From Microthyrium microscopicum (Eukaryota), in contig MU004238.1 of the NCBI GenBank assembly GCA_010405405.1, positions 1,437,530-1,501,529 of the forward strand: a DNA stretch of 64,000 bases, given 5' to 3'. The position numbers and the translations under genes are program-made. Below are positions 1-11,114 of the stretch, piece by piece. Within the stretch, counting starts at the first letter, position 1; each line of letters opens with the position of its first letter. A model generated the notes under the pieces. It saw only the letters and a list, made by a program, of their open reading frames with translations, made no database searches and had not been told where the DNA came from.

Positions 1-1286
1 GTGATGATATGCATTCAATGATGTTCCACCTCCAGCATCTCCAGTCTCCACAATTTTGCGAACTGCTCGTCTCAAACGTTTCCGTCGATCCATTTCCGCT
101 TGAACATCGAAATTATCTCCCAATTTATCAGCTAATCGCGGATAGACCTGTTCGTGCATCATTGCCAGATTTCCACGATTTCTTCCGATGTCCAAGAAGG
201 CATTCCCATGCACGTTAACCTCTCTAAACACTTCAATCCATTGACTTGGATAGTTTTGTGTAGCAAGAAATTTAAGCACCCGCTCCAAAGGCCATTGATA
301 TCCAGGATCTGAAGGAGACAGAGGCTGTTGTGTTTGTAAAGCAGCGGGGAGAGATTGTGGATTTTGGGGAGTAGCCGTGGGTGGTCCAGGCGATGCGAAG
401 CCATTTGGTGGCACTGCAATCGATCTTGGAGGTGCTGGCGTCATTTGTCCATGGGCAAAGGTCGGAAAAGCATTGGATCCGTCAATTGGGGTTTGAAGCG
501 TAGTCATCCCCGTATTAGACTGAGTGCCATAGTCTGAATGTGTACCATATTGTGGTTGATCGTAGTACAAATCATCTGGAGGCGGGATACCGACTCCTGG
601 TCCCCATCCTTCACCCCCAGGAATATATGTAGCGGAGACTAAACTGCCAGTGCTATTCTCTCGAATGGACTGTTGTGTCTGTTGCTGATAGGTACTGTAT
701 GCTGAAGGATTATAACTTGGAACAGGTCGATTGCTAGCGGGCGGGGGAGGAGGATACGACTGTTGTCGTCCACCCCAGAAGGAATGCGCATTTTGGGGTA
801 CAGCACTCGGAGGCCCGCTTGGAGGAGGAGGTATTATCAAGCCATGATGTTGTGGATGCTGTTGACGGGGCGGAGGCCCTGGGAGCGATATACCGATGGG
901 AGTCTGTGGTGGTCTAATATGGTCAGTGTATGATCAACATGAATGCGCCCGGCTCAGCCCAACGCTGATAGAACTGTTGAAGACAATTCCACAGCACCAA
1001 CTGCACAGAGCCAGGCGCAACACTCAAAAGATGGTTGCACATAAATATCTTACGGTGGAGGAGGTGGGAACCCATTGCGATAGGCGCCATGCATGGCGCC
1101 GTATGCCAAATATGAATTGTTCTCTGTAAAGGATCGTTGCCGGTGCGGAGCAGCTATAGGCGATGGCGAATATGCCAAACTTGGATTTGCGCCGGGAACT
1201 TGCAGGTTGCTGTTAGAAGAGGAATAGGCGGGCGGATCTTGTGGAGGGAGGTCAGAGCCGGATCGTTGGCGGTTTTCGACTGTCAT
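1..1286 (-). CDS. BCK1: Cell-wall-integrity MAP kinase kinase kinase (Bck1/Mck1 type), 5' portion; runs off the window start
   Basis: Exon 1 is 1286-1054, followed by a GTAAG...CTGAC...TAG intron (1053-914). Exon 2 (913-<1) is open and reads ...SLVSATYIPGGEGWGPGVGIPPP...YQWPLERVLKFLATQNYPSQWIEVFREVNVHGNAFLDIG..., which matches the N-terminal motif and SAM-like region I recall for filamentous-fungal Bck1. The kinase domain lies outside the window. Confidence 0.75.
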
Positions 1287-2402
1287 GCTAAGAAGGAGCA
1301 GAGTCCAGACGACAAACCCGAGATAGGATGGACTGATGTTCGTCGCTCAATATGAAGGGGGTGGGAGTAGCGGTCCGAGCGCTGAGATAGGTCTTTCTAA
1401 TATCTATTCCCGGCCTGTCAGATACATCAGGCCTGCGACAGTATCAGAATCAGATGTCCCAGGATATGGCGATATGGCGACGACAATGGGGATGGTGTAG
1501 ACATGAAAGTCGCACGCAAAGGAGGTGGTGAGACGAGAGAATAATGTCAAGACGGACCCCCTCTTGGAGTCTTGGAGAAGTGTTGGTGGTTGGATTCTGA
1601 CGAGAAGGAAGCAGCCAATCCCCGCGCTTACCTTGACGCCCGAGGCCATTGCTGTTGGCTCTTTTCTCTAGCCGTCTCCTCTCATTCGTTGCTTACAGCT
1701 TTTAGCAGCGGAGAGAGCCTCGAGAGCGTGGATGCTGCCGCTTAATGGCCACGCATAAGTTATAACGCGACATAAGCCAAATAAGCCACGCTAGAAGACT
1801 TCTAGTCTCTTTTCATGTGAGCCTCTCAAAGACTTCATCTTGTCTTTTAAATCCACCGCAAAACACATCTCTCACAGTTCCACGAGTGTATGAGACAGAA
1901 TCTTACATCAATCCCAACAACTTCAAAGGCCTATCAATGGACCAAAAAATTGACGTGCTCCCATCATCTTCGCTGGCTGCCATGTGCCACGCTTTCGTAC
2001 CGAGATTCCCATCGAACACGTTGAATGCTCGATTTTCCATCGAACGCGACGCGATATGAGACATCATGTCTTTAAACATCGAGTGCAATGAGAGGCATCA
2101 TATCTTTTTGCTTATCGAGTGCGATGGGGGATTTCTGAGTTGATGGGAGCGCGCCACTTACTTGGTCGACCTACGGTATTAGCAGTCTTTTTTTCAACAG
2201 TTCTAACAGATCCTGTCGAGGGCGTAGACAGTCAATCAAACCATCGATTACGGTGGGAGAATAAGTATATTCTCGTTATCAAGTGCGATGGTAACCATCG
2301 TCGCAGATGGGAGAATGTCAATTTTTTTTGTTCAGTGGCTAAAAATTTGAGAGACAGATTGTTCGGATTCAAGACACCCCCTTTTTCTCCAAAACATTGC
2401 CC

Positions 2403-5400
2403 CTAATCCTCCCAAACCTCCCAATTTCCTGGTCGAACAGCTGTCTTGTCAGCATCAGCGATCAGCAGACTCGCTTCATATCGTTCCTCACTACCGTCTA
2501 CTGTCTGGCCCAATCGCTCGGCTACCAAAAACATGTCTCCCTTTCTGGACAACTCGCGATATATTGGCACATCGAAAACGCGTAGACCCATTATTGTCTC
2601 GTCGCTGAACTGGCCGTCGTAGCTCTTACCCAACACCCTAGCCGCATCTCCACGGCCGTGCATCAAGCTAATGCGCATAGGCGATCGAAGCGGAAGGTTT
2701 TCAGTCAGTGGATCGTCCATCAAATCGCTTGTCGAGGACTGGTTTACGGGAGGAATGTAAGAGGACGAGTATTTGAATATTGCAGTGATGGCTGCGCCGC
2801 GTAATGGATCCAGCTTGATCGCAAGTTTGGTCACTGAGCCACGGAAGACAGCTGTGGGTAGTCGCAGAGTTGCTTTGCAGAAATCCTCAGCTGGGATTAC
2901 CTTGACTTTGACATCGGTATTGGTCTCAATCGACAACTTGAAGCGACCATACTGCTTGGCCTCGAAAGTTGATGCAACGATTGTGTATTTGCCCGGCTCA
3001 ACCATGACGCGACTTTGGACGAAGCTGCTTCCCTTGCGGTATTCTTTCGAATCAAGTATAATATCCTGATTCTTAACAAGATACAGTCGTTTGCCGCCTC
3101 CATAGCACAGCTTGACGTTGACATTGCGTTCAGGAGTATAGCACTCAAGCAATAGGGCCATTGCAGTTGGCTGGTGTACTTCCACGCTCCACTGAGGATT
3201 GATTGAGAATGAAGGGCTTGTCGTAGAGCCTCCGGCGTTCCACATATTCCATTCACCAAGTTCCATGTGGCTGCAAGAATACGTATTTGTAACATGCGAG
3301 ATCTTGATTGGGTCCAAAGCAAAGGCTGAAAGAGAGAAAGTCTCCATCGTGGCAGGCAGGTTTTGCTCGCCAACAACAACGGTATACCGAGGAGACTTTC
3401 CCTTTGGAGTTTGCATCCGAAGTAGTGTTTGCATCGAATCCACAAACCGGCCCTGCTCCATAGCACCGGCTTCGTTGTAGACTCGCTTGCCATCATTGTC
3501 GAACACGTACAGATTAATGTGGCCATCGTATTCCGAAGACCCAGTGCTAGCTGCAACTTCACTGATCAGAGACTCAAATGCAGATGCCTCTTTCGAGTCG
3601 TCGCTGAGCTTCTTTGTTGGCTTGTCCGCTTCTTCGTCGACTGTACATCGAGCATCCATTGTTAGATGGCGGCATAAGAGAAGCCAAACCGGGCCACCAT
3701 TCTCCACCGTTAGTGAGAATTGAGGGTTTCGCGCCAGGGTGTTGGTTGCTCTCGAAGCGGTGGCCATATCCCACTGAAAGTGTATATCCTGCCGATATCT
3801 AAACATGGCTGGATTCCAGTTCAGATATATGAATTCGAAATTATGAAACATGTCGTTCAGAGTCATCCAAAAAGTTCCCGGAGCAACATGGTTTCCTGCT
3901 GGTGGTAATTTGGAGAGTGGTCGCGCCCGTGGTTTTGGTGTAAAGTTCCCATTCTTGTCTTTCGAAGCCAAATCTTCACTATCCCACAATGTTTCTTCGC
4001 ACCATGGATTTTTTATCAACACCATCTCTCTACCATTCTCTTCCCGTAGGTCAAGGATCGCATAATTGTGTTGACTAACGAGTCCCAGCTCCGCTTCGAC
4101 TTCTGGGGACATCTTTCCGGTTCCTGTGGTCATGAGGAGATTGCCCTCTTCAAATGAGCCTTTCATTCTCTTCCACAGGTTGTCTGGACTTGCTCTGCTA
4201 AATGTCAGCGTCATACCGAACAAACGGATCTGCTTTTCTTACTGCTGTAGGAACACTATCTCTGGAATCCATCCAGTGATGATCCATAGGTCAGTATTGG
4301 AATTACTTCCTGGAAAGTCATAGCCTCCTCGAACTTTGAGATATGCCTTTTCTATAAGAGCAGGCCACAGTAAAGTTGGGTTATTTCGATCAATGATATG
4401 AAGCATTCTTTTCGTCTTGGATACGGGAAGTGAGTCGTCTATCTCAACTGCTCGACGGCATCCATTGAAATTGAATCGGAAAAGGTATCGTCCATTCGGG
4501 GACATCGCAGGGCAGTTGTTTTTCGAATCCCATGGAAAAATCACCGCAGACAGAATCTACCATCCACGTCATTAAAACGATTCATTACCAATCCTGGCTG
4601 ATAGTACTTACGGATGGATGCCCTTTTTCTGCTCGAGCTCTCTCAGCACACAAACTCGCTACCACTGAACAATCGAGCGCAGCATCTTGAACCAGATCGA
4701 TTTGTCTCTCGGATAACATACAAGGTCTCATGCCCGCGGGATTTGAAAACCATTCTGGCGGAGGCAAAGCTTCGCTTGCCCGATTCCAAGCTCTATAATT
4801 AGCACGTTGGTGAGGCGCCAGACTTAGCACGGTCGAATCAGTAAATACCCCGGCATCAGTGAATCTCGTAGTATCAAATTGACCGTCCAGGTGCCAGGAT
4901 GGATCGTCCGACGGGCGCAAGATGAAGTCCTTGAGCTCAGGTGCTCGAGTCCAAGGTGGGAACTTTTGCCCATTGACACGAGAAGATTGCCATAGAAGCT
5001 TCTGCTCTGAGACCGGTATGGGACGGGACGAGCGTGGACCGAGATGATCAGTGAGCTCTGGCCTCGAACCTGAGATCGGCAGCAGCGATTGAGCGAGTTC
5101 ATGCAAGTTGAAAGACCTGAACCTGTTAGTGGAAACTTGTCATAGAGAGTGTGATGGCCTCCGTAGCACATTATGGACGCCACGATATGAAATCATTTGG
5201 ATGGTACGCTATTCCCCATAGCGTATCATGACAGCTATGATAAGCTATGGTTATTACGAAATGCTATATTCGAAACAAGCTAATATGATGGACGTCGCGT
5301 GTTATGGAAGCGATAACATACTGTCGAGTCAACAATATGATATGGCAACCATAAGCCGCTGTGGCGCCCATAGCAGGCTTTGACGATAACATGTTCTGGC

Positions 5401-5671
5401 GCCCATGGTGCCCGAAGGAAATCCGGACTTACCCAGTGACATTTGATTTGTGAACGGAAAGAAGCTGTTTCCTAGCTTCTCGGATCCGCTCGATGTCGTT
5501 CATCAAGCGGGACGCCTTCAATCTGAGGCGTTTTTGGGTATCTGCGTCGAATTTGGGATCCTTTAAGAGCGAAAGGCAAGCTTCAGCCGCTTGGAACAGC
5601 AAGTTTTCTCTCTCTTTCGAGTTCGATGGAGCATTATCAGCCTTCCGGAGGAGAGTATTTATGGATTCCAT
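2403..5671 (-). CDS. palB: Calpain-like cysteine protease PalB/Rim13 (ambient pH signalling)
   Basis: Exons approx 5671-5433, 5122(or 5116)-4612, 4556-4243 and 4197-2403. Catalytic motifs: LVQDAALDCSVVASL (Cys), QHNYAILD (His), IKNPW (Asn). Also LWPALIEKAYLK and C-terminal calpain-III-like repeats (NPQFSL, AGGS...NPQW). Confidence 0.93.
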
Positions 5672-7189
5672 TTTCAAGGCAACATTCGATGGGTTGAAGA
5701 GTGTAGGATGGTCAGTTGTAGAGTTCTGGTGTTGAAGTAGGATGTTTTGTATCAGCGCGCATGGTCGAGGAAGGAGCGATCGTGGCCTCAACCTGACCAC
5801 TTCTCAGCATAATATCTTGAGTAAACCTCAGCTACAGAAATCTGGAGCAATTCTCAAGTAACATCTGCTTACGGTAGTCAACATTTGCACAGGCAGAAGA
5901 GACTTTGGACTGACATAAACTCACCGGGCTCACTAACTCGAGCTTTATACTTCAAATTTCAGGTGGAAAACGCCGCTGAGATTTTCATAACACGGCTATT
6001 GTCTGACACTCATTGAACTAATGATACAATGAGTCGAGTAATACAAACCGGTCTAAATACCAGTACTGTTCGTGGCCAAGACAAGAGTCGAACGTTGTAG
6101 CTTTGAGTATCTGTGTCAAAACTCGACTTTGCAATTCGATCTCTACGCAGAAACTGGGTAAACAATATCTTTCATTCCTCGTAAGCTTGAGTAAGCAAAA
6201 TTGGCTATTGGAATATCACCGAATGACCTGTTCAGAGTTGGAGGGTGTTGAAGTCAACTTGAAGGTTGACTTTCCCCACCACCACTGGGGTGGTTGCCCA
6301 TAGAGAGAGTATTCTGCGTGGTAAGTCTACGTGTTCTCGTACCATACTATTTTATACATTCAAAGCTCAGCTTCATCACTCAATATATTGAATAAAAATA
6401 CAACGCGTAAATATAGCTGGAATATCGATGGGCCTGTGAAATGAGGTAGAAAATCGCACGGAGTATAAATGTCAGAGCGTGCCTTAAAGCTCTGGCACCA
6501 ACCTTGATATTCATACATTGAAGCAAAGCGGATGAAGCCGAGATCTAAGGCCGCGACAGAAGTAAATCGATCTGGCAATTAAAGCGCCTGCCACGTGTGG
6601 TGTTGAAGTCGACGATCCGATGAACCATCATTCAAGAACACAGCCCCAGTAAAAGCTCTCTCACCAGCAGAATCAACGATCAGCAAACCCAGCAATGCCA
6701 TCAACAACCATCCAGCAAAAGCCCCACTAAACAGACACCAAATGAACGACGCAGACTTTGGCCGGGGCAGATGCAAGTAACAAAGCAGATGTGGCGTTGG
6801 AAGACCTCGCCCGCAATGCAGCATATTTACCCTCGGCATCTCGGGGCGTGGAAAACAATCTAATGACGGGCCTCATGCCAATTGAGTCCACCAGCTTTTT
6901 TAGCCGCACTCCTACATTCTCCGTTCATTGTATCCCTTTTCTGAAATAACCAGTGCCCTGACTACCTTTCAGACTTCTCGAGAAACTCGTTTGTTACCAT
7001 GATATAGCGGCGCGTTTGAGTCAAATCCACCATCCGCCCAAAGTTCCCTTTCCCCGCCAATCGTACCCGGTTTTTGCGTGCCGACGAGGCTTGACTGGCT
7101 TTCGTGACCCGAGGACGTCTTATACATATACTTGAACGGGAGATTACTGGGGTTCATTTTCGTCAAAACTTTCCAGGCTTTTGTAAAAA

Positions 7190-8357
7190 ATGCCTGTTCA
7201 GTCCAAGGAGATGGCGCTTCCCCCGTGGGGAGGTGCGGTAGCTGGTGCGACTGGTGCTGTTATGGCTAATGCTTTGGTATACCCGCTCGATCTGTAAGAA
7301 TTTGGACCTGAAAAGCACCTCGCGTGAAAGAACGTAGAGCTAATGTGTCTCATAGCATAAAAACGAAGCTGCAAGTCCAAACGAAAAAAGGCGCCATCCT
7401 CCCCGAAGGCTCAGTCCACTACGACGGCACCTGGGATGCCATCGTCCGGATCACACAGACCGAAGGCCTCGCTGGTCTATACGCCGGAATGCCAGGCTGC
7501 CTCATGGGAGTCGCTAGCACAAACTTCGCCTACTTCTACTGGTATACCCTTGTCCGAGGACTATTCATCTCGCGGTACCCAGGTCAACCAGGAACTGCCG
7601 CTGAACTGTCGCTTGGAGCAGTAGCTGGTGCTCTCGCGCAGCTGTTCACAATCCCAGTTGCGGTCGTAACGACAAGACAGCAGACTGCGGATAAGGCGGA
7701 TCGCAAGAGCTTGATGGCAACGGCACAAGAGGTTATCAACGGAGAGGATGGCTGGACTGGTCTGTGGAGAGGGTTGAAGGCTAGCTTAGTGTTGGTTATA
7801 AATCCATCCATCACATATGGTGCATACCAAAGATTGCGGGTTCAGTTGTTCCCCAACAAGAAGAATCTGAGCGCAGGAGAGGCCTTCTGTAAGTTTACAT
7901 CGTGATTCGCCAAAATTGCCGAAACTAACAGCGAGTAGTACTCGGTGCAATCTCAAAATCGATTGCAACAGTCGTGACCCAGCCTCTGATCGTCGCAAAG
8001 GTTGGTCTACAATCAAAGCCACCACCAGAGCGCAATGGCCGCCCATTCAAGACATTTGGGGAAGTGCTCAAGCACATTGTGGACAATGAGGGTATCATGA
8101 GACTCTTCAAGGGTATCGGACCTCAAATTCTCAAGGGGCTGCTTGTTCAGGGTCTTCTGATGATGACTAAGGAGAGGTATGTGAAACTCAGCTCGATTAG
8201 CTGTACAAGAGCCATTCTAACATTTCTCGACAGGATCGAACTCGCATTCATTCTCCTTTTCCGTTACATACGACAAGTACGCAGCGAACAGCTCGCCAAA
8301 CTCTCTGCCTCGGCGAGCGCAGCCCTCGCGAAAGCCAGCCCGGTTATCGTCAAATAG
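7190..8357 (+). CDS. ANT1: Peroxisomal adenine nucleotide transporter (mitochondrial carrier family)
   Basis: Exons 7190-7293, 7356-7888, 7939-8176 and 8234-8357 with canonical introns. Three carrier repeats: YPLDLIKTKLQ, IPVAVVTTRQQ, QPLIVAKVGLQ. Also contains STNFAYFYWY and LVLVINPSITYG. Confidence 0.9.
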
Positions 8358-9332
8358 ATTCTCGGCAGCGAAGACCAGTGTGTGAGCAAGTGACTGTCAT
8401 AATATTATACCCTCAGTCATCATGATTCGCTTGAAAATAGACAGCGTATACAACCTTTGACGGCGTCTCTGTGCTGGATCATGGCCAAGGAGAAAGGCAC
8501 CTCATGACACGTAACATAGAATTTCTTTCCCTGTACATTTTTTTCGGGTTTATGGAGCGGTTGCATGTTTGGTTTCTGACGTTGGATAGTAACGGGACGC
8601 TAGTTTTGGCGAAGTAAATGTCAAAAATATGAAGCTAAATGGCCAAAAAGTGTTTTGAAGACGTGAAATGTGCCATGAAATAAAATTTGCTCAACCACCG
8701 ATATGCTCGAGAGCCGGCAAGGTTGAATGGTAAGGTCATGGTTATTCGGTCTAGGAACCTGTTGCCGTCGGGTAATCATTTTTACGCAATCGTGAGAGAG
8801 CTCAAGCCGACAGGATGAGATCCCATTTCAGTTTTGAGGAGAGAAGAAGAACGAGGAATTGATTCTGCGAAGTTGGGGTGGTCGATGAGACAGGGGCAAT
8901 ATAGTATTATCATTGGGGCTAGCCATGAGCGGTTTTGATCAAGCTTGATTAGATTGGACAGTTGGATTAGATAAGATGGATTAGAGGTGACCTTTGGGTT
9001 GCTACGCCACGTTTAATATGGGTTGTGCCTGACGACACTCCCACCCGCCTTGGATCAACCGGGTCACTTTGGACTACCTGCACCTCTGACTCTATTCCTT
9101 ACAATCTGCTGTCACTTTGTTGTCTTTTCACTTGCCAAAGCGTGTTGTCCTCTCTCTGCAGCTATAAAGCCAGCTTGTACTCTCGTGTGATCATCCTTAC
9201 CCCTCCTCTCCACAATCCAACAACATCTTTTGCCCCACCAACTGCATTCCCGATCCGCCTTATATACAGTCCATACTGTAGAACGCTTTTCTATACAACA
9301 CTTACTACCTTTTCCCACACACAAAGTCCAGC

Positions 9333-10211
9333 ATGTCCAGTGGAGCTGCTAGAGGCGGCCGAGGTCGAGGCGGAAAGTTCTCAAAGCCAAAGCGAGGAGG
9401 TCAGTAACTTTGGAGCCCAATATCCGATCTGCTCTCCCATTACTAACACAGAACTCCAGGCGGCAAACACTTCAGCCGAGATCTCCAACCTCTCAATGCC
9501 GATGGCGAGGTCGATAACATGTGGGCTGTACGTTCCTCTCCCTCTATACAACCCTAAAGTCCTCTACTAACCTCACGCTAGCCCCGCAACAAGAAGATCG
9601 ACGAAGATGATTCCGAAGAAGACGATGAAGATGACTCCTCCGAGGAAGACTCCGACTCCGACGGCGGTGACAAGCCAAACATGACCCGCGAAGAGCGCCG
9701 CGCCGCCGCCAAAGCCCGCAAATCCGCCGCCATCGCTCGCAAAGGCGGCCGTCCTCAACCCGGCGACCTACCATCCTCGTCTGAAGAAGAATCCGATGAA
9801 GAGGAAGATGAAGGCGATATGCCCGCCAACCCCAACCATAGTGCCGCCGCCCGCTCACAGGCATCCCAAGCACCTGTTCTCCCTGACGAAGCTGCTGCAG
9901 AGGCTGCTGGCGGCAAAGCAAAGCCCAAGGGCGCACTAAGCCGTCGTGAGAAGGAGGCCTTGGCAGCACAGCAGGCGAAGGAACGTTACGCCAAGCTACA
10001 TGCTGAGGGCAAGACGGACGAGGCCAAGGCGGATATGGCGCGATTGAAGGAGGTTCGTGAGCGTAGAGAGGCAGAAGCTGCGCGGAAGAAGGCGGAGGCA
10101 GAGGAGCGGGCTGAGCAGGAGAAGAGTAAGACCGAGCAGTTGGCGCGCGAGGCGCGGATGCGTGAGGCTGCAGCTGGACGAGGTGGTCGTGGAGGAAAGA
10201 AAAAGAAGTAG
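9333..10211 (+). CDS. PP28/PDAP1-like heat- and acid-stable phosphoprotein
   Basis: Exons 9333-9399, 9460-9527 and 9582-10211 join in frame. RGG-rich termini, an acidic middle, and the motif LSRREKEAL...[29 protein letters not shown] typical of the PP28 domain. Confidence 0.85.
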
Positions 10212-11114
10212 TGGTGTTCTTCCGATCATGATATAGGTAATCAAGGTCTTGTGCGTGTTGTTGCATTGGGTATATTGCATGGTCCTCGGTTGGGACTTGG
10301 TATAGAGTATGCTTAGTGCCTGATTTGTTGAGGCTTGATATACATTCTATTGCATACGTACCGTAGTGTTTTGTCTTGGGCTTTGTGACGTTCTATCTAC
10401 ATCAATGAGACCTGTCTCTATCCACAGCTGGTATCGCCCTTCTGTAAGGTCTCCTACAGGGAACCAAGGTGCAACGCAAAGGATCCATTGCAAAGACCTG
10501 AGTCCGACTTGCAAATTATCGAAACATTTCGTAGAGTTACTTGTGTCTGGATCAAATCTTGTCGCTGCCCATAGAATTATTCGACGACTTCCCCAAGTGC
10601 ATCTTGTTCTCTGGTGCTGAATGAGATATCCTGTCACCGTCACTGTCAATCCACGACTTGCTCACCATTATCAAACATTGGCAGGTCACAATCACAAAAG
10701 AGCCACATTTTTGGAGACAATATTCATTGAACTATCTATTTTCCCCCTTCCATCTCTGCCTAGTAACCGTGCAAGGATAGGAACTCACTCAATTCATGAG
10801 TATCGTACAAATAAACCCCCTTCTTCCCTTTTTTTTTGTTCATATTTTTGGTGTTTCAACGCAAGATCCTTTCGAATGACAGGCCAGGTCCTGTCCGATC
10901 AAGCCGTTATGGTTGGTTTCTTTTTTTGTGTCTGGCTTTTCGTGTTTTCTGACATGCAATCGTGGGTATCGTTTTGGTGGTGCAAAGTTGGGTATTGTAC
11001 AGTGCAAGTGGGTATGGGCAAATCAATGATGGTAGTAACAAAGCAAAGGTGAAGCCGGTGATCTCAAAGGAGACATCATGTCGTGCCGGCTCGTGTTTGA
11101 TGTGTGCCAGTAGT

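Noticed and set aside
9544..10266. 240-aa antisense ORF, and other long antisense ORFs over Ago, TAF5 and RPN2
   Set aside because: They are shadows of codon bias on the opposite strand of real genes.
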